From NCBI GenBank assembly GCA_949358305.1, contig OX442314.1, positions 12,400,001 to 12,464,000 on the forward strand: a stretch of DNA of 64,000 nucleotides, in the 5' to 3' direction. A program made the translations under genes and the position numbers. This DNA comes from Strigamia acuminata. Lineage: Eukaryota. Positions 1 through 9,637 of the stretch are shown in pieces; position 1 is the first letter of the stretch, and each line of letters begins with the position of its first letter. The notes below the pieces were generated by a model, which saw only the letters and a list, made by a program, of their open reading frames with translations, ran no database searches and was not told where the DNA came from.

Positions 1-1919
1 CATGGCCAGATCTTGTTTCGTGACCGGTCCATCCTTGTCCGACTCTTCTTGGGATATTTGTTCTTCCGTCAATTCTCCCAAATCAATCTCTGCCTGGAGC
101 CTGGACGGCCCAGCCGCGGATCCGAGACTTCGGGGTTCGGACCTTTTTGCGGCGGCCATCTCTCGCTCTTTCTCCAATCCTTTCGCGATCAGAGACCGCG
201 CACGCGTCTTCTGTCGTACTTTACGCTTCCGATTCCTCCTGGTGTTGGCTGCGACGGATCTTTGTTGGACCGTCCTCTGGGGGACGTCCGTCGGGGAATC
301 CGGTCTCTGGTGTGTTGAGACGGTTCGTCGCGACGAGGATTGATCTGACGACTGTGTGGTAATCGCCATAAACAACGAGGATCTTTTCTTTCCTCGATCT
401 TGGTGTGTCTCGGTCCTCGCAGCCCAGTGGGCGGAAGATTCGACCGTTCGCTCAGCCCGCGCGTCGTCTGGCGAGGCAGGCTCGAGCGTTACTACTCGGC
501 GACACTCCGAGCGCACGACAACTCGAGTTCGGGAACTGGAGCTGCTCGAGCGGCTGCGGTAGTCGCGACTCGTTGACGGGCCGGCCTCTGTTGGGGAGAC
601 GGCCTGTCTTCTTCGTGCGGGTCCGCGTGGGGCGGACTCCGCCGGACGCTTCGATCTTCTGTGATGGCGGCGACTTCCCAGGATACCAGCGTGGTATAAC
701 TGCCACATCTCAGACTGCGTGGCCGTAAAATTCGCCGGTGGTATCCATCTGGGTGTCAAATGGTCTTCTTCGATGTCGCGAAGCCATCTACGGATTTCTT
801 CGGGGGAGAAACCGTTTCTCTCGAGAACTCGGGTTACTCCGTGAGTCTCGGTGCGCTTTAAGCGTTCGATCTCGTCGTCCACTATTTTCTGGCGGGCTGC
901 CAAGGTCGGGGCCTCGCTCCACCTGTGGGAGGTGTGCAGCTCGGCCACCGTGCCTGGGTAAGCCTCTTCCAGGTACCCGGAGTAAACGGGGCTCGGCGGA
1001 TCCGCATCGGGTGGGATCCGCGGCCCCACTCGCTCCCTCATCTCCTTCGTCATGCACTCGACCAGCGTTTTCGATCGCTCGAATTTTTCCTCGAGGGTCC
1101 TGGAGTACATCAATCGGATTTTCCAGGCGCTGGTCTCTGCAGGATAGGCCTGCCGCAGGTAAATCGGCAGGGCTCCGCGAAAGATGTTGTTGGCGGTTGA
1201 CACCGTCGAAGGCAGGGCGTCCCACGATTCTAGCGGGTCGACCTGAATAATTTTAGATCACAAGATTAATATAATAAATCCCAGTTTAACGATGGGGATC
1301 AGAAATATGCTCAAGATCGACGGTGGCAGCAACTCCTTTCTTTTGTTGCGGCCGTCGGTCTTATTTTCTTGTTTCGCAGTTCTGCGATGATCTCCGCCGT
1401 CGTAGCGCTGATCCAACACTACCTTTGAACTCAGGTGATCCGCTTTTTAGGAAGGGGTCGCAGGCAAAACCGATCGTTAAATTCTTAATATTACGTTAAA
1501 CTTTTTATTTTAACTCTAATCGTATTTTAATTTATTACGATGTTTAATTTTAAAAGAAAGAAAACCTTTAGTTTTGGTTTTGGTTTGCCACGACGCCATT
1601 CCGCGAACACTTCCTTTGTTCTAGTTTTTTGGCGGCCTTGACTCCGAGGTGAATCTGGGTCCACTCTCGGGTTTTTAGCCAGCCTTAAATCAATAATAAA
1701 ACAGAAAGAAATATATCAGTCACAAGTCACGCTCCAATCTGGGTTGGATGCAACAGATTCAAAGAATTATGTGATTTCTCTGGGGAAATCACACTAATTT
1801 ACCTGCAACGGCGGTTGTTCGTCCCAATTCTCATCGTCTTCTGCATTTACGATTAGGCCGTCGCTCTCGTCTCTCGACGATGCGCTCGGCTCTAATCGTG
1901 GGTTGCGTCGATCGGCCAT
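1..1919 (-). CDS. Putative spliced third ORF of the retrotransposon, unknown function (exons 1919-1803 and 1242-<1; possible internal exons 1738-1731 and 1683-1566)
   Basis: The minus frame has no stop from 1257 to 1 (checked codon by codon). Acceptor ttattcAG precedes 1242. An upstream exon starts at gaaATGG (1919), encodes MADRRNPRLEPS...DEQPPLQ and ends at CAG|GTAAAT. Both junctions are phase 0. Confidence 0.65.
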
Positions 1920-2299
1920 TTCAATTTAGGAAAATGAAGTTTTGTTTGAGAGGTCTTTGTCTTTCTCTTTGGGGGAGAAGCAAAAACACGTCTCGTCGTG
2001 TTAAAAACAGTCGGAAACTGGGCCTATCGACGCTGAGAATTGTGGGTCTCGAACGCGTCTCGTATTTTGCGAGATCCGCCGTGCTGGCAATGACGCTACG
2101 GGGTCGACCGCGTGGTTTCATTGTCACGTGGTCGCCCGATACGTCATAACTTCTCGTCTGTTAGTGGTGACTGCGACAATTCGTTGCGAAGTTTGGACTT
2201 AGCCAAATTTTCGCGTTTCAACATGTGCAGCAGCTCTCGTAAGTAAATCTTTTTATTTTACAAGGCCTCCGCTCCATGTTATCACATTTTCTTTTATTT

Positions 2300-5200
2300 T
2301 TAGTTCTTCCCCACGACTTTGCCGTCCCGAATGAACGGATTATTGCTTCGTCGTGGTCGAAGGTTGATTTTCGACGTGCTCGTAGATCGTGACTCTACTT
2401 GCTCGTTCATCTCCGATGTGTTGGCATTTTTCTCATTATTAATTTTTTTATTTTCCATTTCAGAAGTACATTCTTCTGCTTCCTCCCTCTCCGAAATTGC
2501 TTGCTCCGGCTGTGCTGGAGCCTCGTCGGCCGGAGATTCGGCGTCGAAGAATTCATCCTCGTCCTCCGCTATATTTTCAGCTTCATTTGTTTTTTGGAAC
2601 GTGTCGACCACGGTGCCCCCTTGGCCGCTGTGTGTCTGACCTTCCAGCCAGATTTCTTGGGGAAACTCTGGCAGATATGGCCTTAAATCTCGGCCATGTA
2701 TCGACTGAAAATTTTTGTTGTCCTCTAAGCGGCGTAGTTGGTATGCGTTGCCGCCGTGTTCGGCCACAATTACATAGGGACCGTCCCTCTTGTCGGCTAA
2801 ACCTGCGGCGATGCCCCTCGCTGCATTGGACAACGTGTGTGCCTCCTTCCACACTAGATCATTCACTTTAAAGTTCGCGAAAGCGAGATCGCCTTCTTTA
2901 TCTGCGATTCTTTCTCTCATGTTGAAAATATGCGCCATCATATGCTGGTATGTGTCGGATATAGTCTGTTCCAACCGGCACACGTACTCGTGTGGGCTCG
3001 ATGGGTCTAATACGTTAACAGCTTCGGCAACGCGTGGGTCCCATGGCATCCTTAATTCGCGGGCGAAGTTGAGGTACGCCGGTGAGAATTCGCGTGTTCT
3101 TGACACGGTTGAGCGAATGCTGAAAGCGATTTCTCGCAGGTATTCGTCCCATCGATTGTGAATGTCGGTGAATACTGTCAGCGCATATTTTATATCTTTA
3201 TTTAATCTCTCGACTGGGTTTGTCTGAGGATTATATGTGGAGGTGTTCGATGCATCCATTTTAAATTTCCTACAGAAGTCCTTATATATTCTTGATCGGA
3301 ATTGGGGGCCGTTATCCGAAATGAGTTTTCTGGGAAACCCAAATCGCATTGCCACGTCGTAAAGGCACTCGACTATGTTTTCAGCCGAGGGCTTCGCGAG
3401 GGCGTACAGCTCCGGCCATCGGGTGGCCACGTCCATAATTACGAGAATATACATGTTCTTGTTTCCCGTTGTGGGCTTGGGGCCCATCAAGTCTATGCTT
3501 AAGCAGTCAAACGGTGCGTAGGGTCCGAGAGACATGGCGTTTCTGGCTACTTTATCTCGCGGTCTGCATGCTTGGCACCGGGGGCAGTGTCGGATAAATT
3601 TCGTTATCTTTTGCCGCGCGCCCGGCCAGAAGAAAAGTTGTTTTACTCGATAAAGGGTCCTCGCCACGCCAGAATGGCTGGCGAGCGGGTGTCCGTGCAT
3701 CAGCCACAACAGTCGGGTGTGCAGCGATGCCGGCACGACCACTTTAACCGAGTTTCCCGCTCCGCTGAGGTCATCTTGAAACGTCGGGTGGTATTTTACC
3801 AGGAGTTCATCATCTATGAGGTAGCTTGTTGCTTCTTTGACGAACTGTTTCCGGCGGTGTGGGTTTGTCATCCCTTCCGGAAATTCGCCGTTCAGCAAAT
3901 ATTGCGTTATAATTTGACATTTTGTGTCTGCTGCCTGGTGTTCGACGAACTCACGTCTCGTGGGTGGAGCGTATTGTGTTTTTTCTTCAATTTTTGCTGT
4001 GAAGGCGCGTAGTAGTGTTTTGTGGGTTTCTCCGGGGGGCGGAGGTTGAATTGCGGACGTTGAATCGCTCGTCCCAGCTGGCTGGTACGTTCGAGTCCAA
4101 AAACCACAAAACGTTCTATCTTCGGGCTCCATCACTGGTAGCTCGTTCGCCTTTCGCAAACGCCATATTCTCCGTGGAGTCGGGCAGTACAAGAGGTGGG
4201 TGTCGTCCTCGCCGTCGTCGTCTGGTCCTTGGGGGTCAGAGGCTGGGGCTCTCGAGAGGGCGTCGGCCACATGATTGTACTTCCCGGGGCGGTACGTAAT
4301 TGTTATATCGCACGCCATTAACTCCAGTTGCCATCGTGCGAGTCGGCCGGAGGGTTCCTTGAGCTTCATCAACCAGCTTAGTGCCTGGTGATCTGTCTGA
4401 ACCTCGAAGTTCGTGTACTCCACATAGTCGCGAAATTTCCGAACTGCCCAAATTACGGCTAGGCATTCTAGTTCCGTTGCCGTATAATTTTTCTCCGCGC
4501 CCTGTATTTTTCTGCTTATAAACATACAGGGTACTTCTTGCGAGATTCCGTTGTACACGTGGGTCTGCAGAAGGGCTGCACCCAGTCCGATTTTACTCGC
4601 GTCGGTGTGCAACACGAACGGTCGGTTTAGGTCCGGCAATGGCATCTTTTCGACGTCAGCCAGCATTTGCTTGATAGTGCTAAATGCGGCCTCGCACTGG
4701 ACCGTCCACTCAAACTCTTTATCCGTTCGTAAGAGATCCGTTATAGGCGCGGCCACCTCAGCCAGACCAGAGAGTAGTCGGCCGAAGAAATTGACCATGC
4801 CCATGAATCTTTGGACACCTTTTATATCTTCGGGGGCGGGGAATCCGTTTATTGCTTTGACCTTTTCGGGGTCAATCGCGATTCCCTCGACTCCTATTCG
4901 ATATCCTAGGAAGGCAAGCTCTTTTCTGCAAAACTTGCTCTTCCCTGGATGGATGTGGAGTCCCGCCTTGGCTAGGCGAGAGACCACTCTGTCGATGTGG
5001 TCTATATGCTCTTCGAATGTGTCCGACGTTATTATTATGTCGTCGAGATACGCCCACACGAAGTCGTGAAGCATATCTCCCAACACGCTTTCGATCAATT
5101 TCTGGAACGTGCTCGGGGCGTTTACAAGCCCGAACGGCATCACGTTGAACATTAATCTTCCTATCGGGGAGTAGAAAGCCGTTTTTAGTTTGTCTTCTGG

Positions 5201-6436
5201 TTTTAGCTCCACTTGCCAATACCCCTTTGACAGATCCATCGTGGTTACCCACTTGAACGGGCTCAGTTCCCGGAGGATCGAGTCTATAGACGGCATCTGA
5301 ATCGGGTCTATAACTGTTATCGCATTCAGGGGGCGATAATCAATGCATAGTCGAGGCTCCGAGCCTGGACGCATTACCAGGACGATCCGCATCGCGTATT
5401 CGCCCAGCGCTTGAGTTACTATGCCCTTGTCGAGCATGTCTTGGCACATCTGCGTCACAATGTCTCTTTTCTGGGGGTTCATCCCCTTGTAAGGCACTCG
5501 AATCGGCTTGTCTGTGGTTAAGACTATTTCGTGGGTTGCTTCCGTCGTTCGACCAGGTGTCTTGGTCAGAATTCTTTCATGTTTTCGAAGCACTCGCCTT
5601 AGTAGCGATGCCTCGTTAACACGCAGTGCTGCCTCCTCGACCAGTGTGTCCACGACGTTACTCCTCTGTAATTCCAGAGTGAAGGCTGCGAAATCGTAAT
5701 CTTGGACGAATTTTCGCAATCCTCTTCCGTATTCCTCTTTGTCCTTGGCTTCGTCCAGTAATTTTTGGGGAACTACGGGGACTGGCCGTTCTCCCTCGGG
5801 ACTTATCCAGTTCCATGAACGGGTTATCGGGTTTGGCTGAATTTTCAGTTTTGCCATGATATCCATCCCTAAGAGGAATACTTTGTCGTGGGATGGCAAG
5901 ACTATGAAGGGGTGGGACAGGTTCCCCCCCTTCCAGTCGATCATGATGCGAACTACGCCCCTCGGCTTGACGTAGCCGTTGGCGGTGAGCAATTCTACGT
6001 TCGCGTTCACTTGTGCCACCTTTTTTTCAATATCCAAGTCCTTTACTATATCTTCGGATATGAATGAACGATCTGCTCCTGAATCCAGCAGACCGAACAA
6101 TTTTTGGTTTTCGATCTCCACTGGCAGCATACACAGAGTTTCGCAATGTGTTTTCGTGACATTGCAGTGAAAAACGCGTAATGTTTGGGGCTCAACCTCC
6201 AGATTGAACGGGAGGTCCGTCCAATCTATGTCGACCTCCGGCTTCGTTCTCACTTGCATACTTGTCAGCGTCACTGTTTCTTCCTTCTTCGGAATGGTCT
6301 GCATGCGATCTTTGATCTGTGCTTCTGCCAAGGCATGACCTGCGGGTCCAGTGTGATATTTCTTCTTTTTAATTTCCGCGGCTGGCGCAGACGAAGCTGA
6401 ATTTATTTCGGCGACGCCTGCGCTTGGGAGTTTTTT
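2300..6436 (-). CDS. pol: Pol polyprotein (protease, reverse transcriptase, RNase H, integrase), probably expressed as a Gag-Pol -1 frameshift fusion
   Basis: Motifs: LLDSGADRSF (protease), MPFGL...YLDD (RT), TDAS...ELECLA...TDH (RNase H), H-H-C-C plus DLMGP...SDNGPQF...VERLN (integrase), GPY near the C-terminus. The frame stays open upstream of the ORF-track start (6331) to the slippery site at 6436-6430. Confidence 0.96.
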   Translation of the reverse strand, partial: KKLPSAGVAEINSASSAPAAEIKKKKYHTGPAGHALAEAQIKDRMQTIPKKEETVTLTSMQVRTKPEVDIDWTDLPFNLEVEPQTLRVFHCNVTKTHCETLCMLPVEIENQKLFGLLDSGADRSFISEDIVKDLDIEKKVAQVNANVELLTANGYVKPRGVVRIMIDWKGGNLSHPFIVLPSHDKVFLLGMDIMAKLKIQPNPITRSWNWISPEGERPVPVVPQKLLDEAKDKEEYGRGLRKFVQDYDFAAFTLELQRSNVVDTLVEEAALRVNEASLLRRVLRKHERILTKTPGRTTEATHEIVLTTDKPIRVPYKGMNPQKRDIVTQMCQDMLDKGIVTQALGEYAMRIVLVMRPGSEPRLCIDYRPLNAITVIDPIQMPSIDSILRELSPFKWVTTMDLSKGYWQVELKPEDKLKTAFYSPIGRLMFNVMPFGLVNAPSTFQKLIESVLGDMLHDFVWAYLDDIIITSDTFEEHIDHIDRVVSRLAKAGLHIHPGKSKFCRKELAFLGYRIGVEGIAIDPEKVKAINGFPAPEDIKGVQRFMGMVNFFGRLLSGLAEVAAPITDLLRTDKEFEWTVQCEAAFSTIKQMLADVEKMPLPDLNRPFVLHTDASKIGLGAALLQTHVYNGISQEVPCMFISRKIQGAEKNYTATELECLAVIWAVRKFRDYVEYTNFEVQTDHQALSWLMKLKEPSGRLARWQLELMACDITITYRPGKYNHVADALSRAPASDPQGPDDDGEDDTHLLYCPTPRRIWRLRKANELPVMEPEDRTFCGFWTRTYQPAGTSDSTSAIQPPPPGETHKTLLRAFTAKIEEKTQYAPPTRREFVEHQAADTKCQIITQYLLNGEFPEGMTNPHRRKQFVKEATSYLIDDELLVKYHPTFQDDLSGAGNSVKVVVPASLHTRLLWLMHGHPLASHSGVARTLYRVKQLFFWPGARQKITKFIRHCPRCQACRPRDKVARNAMSLGPYAPFDCLSIDLMGPKPTTGNKNMYILVIMDVATRWPELYALAKPSAENIVECLYDVAMRFGFPRKLISDNGPQFRSRIYKDFCRKFKMDASNTSTYNPQTNPVERLNKDIKYALTVFTDIHNRWDEYLREIAFSIRSTVSRTREFSPAYLNFARELRMPWDPRVAEAVNVLDPSSPHEYVCRLEQTISDTYQHMMAHIFNMRERIADKEGDLAFANFKVNDLVWKEAHTLSNAARGIAAGLADKRDGPYVIVAEHGGNAYQLRRLEDNKNFQSIHGRDLRPYLPEFPQEIWLEGQTHSGQGGTVVDTFQKTNEAENIAEDEDEFFDAESPADEAPAQPEQAISEREEAEECTSEMENKKINNEKNANTSEMNEQVESRSTSTSKINLRPRRSNNPFIRDGKVVGKN
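6385..6436 (-). promoter_or_regulatory. Programmed -1 ribosomal frameshift signal
   Basis: A_AAA_AAC heptamer in the gag frame (GCA AAA AAC), a 6-nt spacer, then a 9-bp stem GCGCAGGCG/CGTCTGCGC. pol is in the -1 frame. Confidence 0.85.
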
Positions 6437-9400
6437 GCTAGATTAGTATTTAACTCCATCATCATTTTCATCAAGGTTTGCATGATGCCTTTTTCTTTGA
6501 CGGTTTTTTCGCATTTGTCGGAGTAGTGACCGTATTCTCCGCAGCTGTAACATTTGATGTTACTTTTATCCCCTGTGGGAGTGAATCCCGGTTTTTTCGG
6601 GACGAAGGGCGTCGGGAATCGTCTTTTTCCTCCCAATGCCCCTCTCGCTTTTGTTGCCTGCACGTGTGCTCTGAATTGTGCGATTGCTAAGGCCCGGTGT
6701 GCATGGTGCAAATAGGGACCTTGATCGTCGCATCCCGTCGACAAGTTTTCGAGGTGCTCATTTAGGGCTTCCTCGTCGCTTGATGCTGGCTCCTCTTCTT
6801 TAGCCGTGGCGAGAGGTGTTGTCTCTTCGACTTTCTCCATCTGGGTGGAGTCCGTCGAGGTCACCTGCATCGCCGTTGCTGCCGGTGCTTTCTTTGGGGC
6901 AGCTATCGGGTTGGCTGGAAGAATACTGCCTGCTTTAGGCGTCAGCATTCGTCCGAAGGATGCTTCGGTGAGACTCATTATGCCGCTCAAATATTCACTT
7001 GGCCTCATTAATTTCTCTGAGGTCTTGTGACGTTCGGCGCTCGTCTGCAACCGTTTCTCGTGCGCGTCAGCTTCCTCCGGGGGCAGAGTGGCGTAATACC
7101 GCTGTTCTATTTCTAACGTGTTTGTTAGAAGATAGTTACTGACATCTTGGTAATCGCCAGTGCGGGGTGCACGCATGTCTAGCAGAATTCTTTGCGAGTG
7201 GGCCGATAATCCTCCGTAAAAGATCATCGTAAAACCAGCGGGGTTTATTTCGTACGGCGCTCTTGCAAACAGGAGTTTCGCTCGGGCGTCGTAGTCGGCT
7301 AATGTTTCTCCTGGGGCTTGCCGTAGACCACGTAATTTGTTACTGATCTCGTCTGGAGTCTCGCCGTATCGGAGATCGAAACGGACGAGAAAATCGTCCC
7401 AGGTTGGGTTTTTCAGTCCCTGATACCATTCTCGAGCTGACCCCGTGGTTAGCTCCACTAGACCGTGGGTTAGCATGTCGGCGACGGTGGCTTTTGTCGC
7501 TTTCTTGATACGCATTACTTCGTCTAGGAAGCGGTCTCCGGCCTTCCACGAACCGTCGAATCGTGTTTGTATGTAGTGTTGCCAACGGATGTTACCCGTG
7601 GCTTCGCTGCTTGGTTCGTTTCGTACGCCATATTTACGCTTAACCCTCTCTCCAGCGCGATTATGTTCGTCGCCTGGATGGCCTAGATCGATTCCTTCTC
7701 TTCTGAAAGAGTTCAGCAGGGCTCGGCCTAGCTCAGACATCGTGTAATGTCGGCCAGATGAGTCCTGAAAGTTCCCTTCCTCCGAACGAGGGTTGGAGCT
7801 CCGGGAGGAGCGGTCTGAAGCATTCGGCCGGTTCGACCGGTGCCCATCGCTGTCTTCTTGACTCCTCCCTGTAGACGGTCGACTCGGATGGTCGTCGTCC
7901 GACGAATCGGAGGGCTCGGAGGGATCTCCTTGGGGGTGAAACCTCGGCTCTCTCGGTGGGGTCTCTCCGCCAGCCTTCTTCTGTTTCGAGCCTCCGGATG
8001 GCGGCGGCTCCCCTCCGTCGTTGTTCTCGTAAAAAGAATGCCATCTGTTTTCCTCGCTTTCGGGGCGTTCCCGATTTTTATTTGCGTTTTTCTTTTCGAG
8101 TAACGCGTCGATGGCTGCTCCCGTCTCGGATCTTTTTGAGGGGTGACGGTCCTTTGTTTTTGGGACCGACTCGTCTCTCTTTTGAGATTTCCCCCTTTTC
8201 GCCGTTTTTGCCGGCTTTGTTGCACCTTCTCCTGTGTCGGTATCAGAGCCGCTGGGGGGTTCTGGTTTCCGTTTCAGGTTTTCTTCATTTTTCTTCCTGT
8301 CCGAGACGTCTTGTGCGTACTCTTTCTGGAACTTTTCTGTCTCCTTCTCCCAGTTTTCGGCTTCCCATCTTTTTTGCTCATCTATTATAGCTTGTTTCTT
8401 CGCTTTGTACTCTTCGGTCCATCTGACTCGATCCCACTCTTCTTTCTCTTTCAGAAACTGTTCTTTTTCTTTTCTGGCTTCCTCTTCTCTCAACCTCTCG
8501 CGATGTTGTTCTTCCCATTTCTGATGTTGTAGAATGGCCTCTTTTCGCAACATTTGTAGTTTTTCTGTTTTTCTTTGAGCTATTAGCGCTTGAAATTGGT
8601 CCTCGTACTCTTGAGCTTCTCGATGTCGCCCTTCTACTGTTGCGTTCCATTCTTTTCGAATTTTAGCTTCTCGTTCTTCCCTCATTTTTTGGACCAGTTT
8701 CTCTGTTCTCTCGGTGGTTCTTCTCTCGCGTTGCTCCCTTTCTTCCTCTTCCTTCCAGAGTTCTCGCCGCTCTGCGCTCAGCCTTCGTTGGCGACTAGTC
8801 GCTTCTTGTCTGGCTTCCTCGCGGGCCTTCTCTCTGGATTCGTGAAGTGTTCGGTTGGGGTCTGGCGCGAAACCTCCGGTGTCACTGGGCGTTACCTGGG
8901 GCATGGGCGTCTCCGCTGCTGGTCTTGCGACCGGCGTCGGGGCTTGTGCCGCACAGATAGCGTCAGTGAGTAGGGTAATCGATTCCCAGACTGACGTTCC
9001 TACTGGAATGTCTATCATCGCTTTTAGCTGGGCAGCTTGCTGCGTCAACCGAATTAGGTGAGATACTTCGAAGGAAACAACTGCAGGACTCGCCGTAACT
9101 CGGGGGGTTATCGGGGTCCCGCCGTCGTTTTTCCGTGGGGTTTGCTCCACGGACGTCTGAGCCGTGGGTGGCGATGGGTTCGTGCCGACCGTGACCGTTA
9201 TTTTCGGAGCTTCATTCGTCTCCTCGGTCATCAATATCGATACTCGTCCTGGCGATACGTCGCGAATTTCTTCTCGATTTTCTATGGCTTCCGGATCGGT
9301 ATCTTCGAAGGGTTGCATATTCAAGGGAACCCGCTCTCGCTCTGGCCCGTCTAGGGCCGCGAGCGATGCAGCTTGCTCCTCTTTCTGCGCCTTCGCTCTC

Positions 9401-9543
9401 CTTTTATTCGCTCGGGCTTTCGCCTTTGCGGACATTTCAGGGACGGGACCATCCGATCTCAGGTGGTAGTCGGAGGTCCTTTTTCCCTTCTCGGGCATTC
9501 TCTGCTCGGTTTCAGACGTGGATTGCTCGTCTTTGTCTGACAT
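6403..9543 (-). CDS. gag: Gag-like protein, 1046 aa, with a long E/K/R-rich coiled coil and a C-terminal CCHC zinc knuckle
   Basis: CYSCGEYGHYSDKC knuckle; retrotransposon capsid-like segment AREWYQGL...WDDFLVRFDLRY...LRQAPGETLADY; lies between the PBS and pol. Confidence 0.93.
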   Translation of the reverse strand: MSDKDEQSTSETEQRMPEKGKRTSDYHLRSDGPVPEMSAKAKARANKRRAKAQKEEQAASLAALDGPERERVPLNMQPFEDTDPEAIENREEIRDVSPGRVSILMTEETNEAPKITVTVGTNPSPPTAQTSVEQTPRKNDGGTPITPRVTASPAVVSFEVSHLIRLTQQAAQLKAMIDIPVGTSVWESITLLTDAICAAQAPTPVARPAAETPMPQVTPSDTGGFAPDPNRTLHESREKAREEARQEATSRQRRLSAERRELWKEEEEREQRERRTTERTEKLVQKMREEREAKIRKEWNATVEGRHREAQEYEDQFQALIAQRKTEKLQMLRKEAILQHQKWEEQHRERLREEEARKEKEQFLKEKEEWDRVRWTEEYKAKKQAIIDEQKRWEAENWEKETEKFQKEYAQDVSDRKKNEENLKRKPEPPSGSDTDTGEGATKPAKTAKRGKSQKRDESVPKTKDRHPSKRSETGAAIDALLEKKNANKNRERPESEENRWHSFYENNDGGEPPPSGGSKQKKAGGETPPREPRFHPQGDPSEPSDSSDDDHPSRPSTGRSQEDSDGHRSNRPNASDRSSRSSNPRSEEGNFQDSSGRHYTMSELGRALLNSFRREGIDLGHPGDEHNRAGERVKRKYGVRNEPSSEATGNIRWQHYIQTRFDGSWKAGDRFLDEVMRIKKATKATVADMLTHGLVELTTGSAREWYQGLKNPTWDDFLVRFDLRYGETPDEISNKLRGLRQAPGETLADYDARAKLLFARAPYEINPAGFTMIFYGGLSAHSQRILLDMRAPRTGDYQDVSNYLLTNTLEIEQRYYATLPPEEADAHEKRLQTSAERHKTSEKLMRPSEYLSGIMSLTEASFGRMLTPKAGSILPANPIAAPKKAPAATAMQVTSTDSTQMEKVEETTPLATAKEEEPASSDEEALNEHLENLSTGCDDQGPYLHHAHRALAIAQFRAHVQATKARGALGGKRRFPTPFVPKKPGFTPTGDKSNIKCYSCGEYGHYSDKCEKTVKEKGIMQTLMKMMMELNTNLAKNSQAQASPK

Positions 9544-9615
9544 TTTCTTTCGGTAATTCTACGATTTGGGTTATCTTATTGAGAGATCACAAGTTCAGAT
9601 TTGAGATTTATTTCT

Positions 9616-9635
9616 AAATCCCGGACAGGCCCCCA
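9616..9635 (-). promoter_or_regulatory. Primer binding site, tRNA-Pro-like
   Basis: Minus strand TGGGGGCCTGTCCGGGATTT, 2 nt after the LTR end, versus the canonical tRNA-Pro PBS TGGGGGCTCGTCCGGGATTT. Confidence 0.88.
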
Positions 9636-9637
9636 CG

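Noticed and set aside
2..1250. Many overlapping short ORFs on + and in other - frames (for example 738-1250 +, 788-1225 -)
   Set aside because: Shadows of the GC-rich, stop-free minus frame 1257-1; no recognisable domains.
2239..2303. Intron-like GTAAGT...ttttAG of 65 nt on +
   Set aside because: No coherent + strand gene around it; it is also explained as the A-rich tract after the pol stop. Antisense splicing is not excluded.
2319..9617. Plus-strand ORFs opposite gag and pol
   Set aside because: Antisense shadows of long coding frames.
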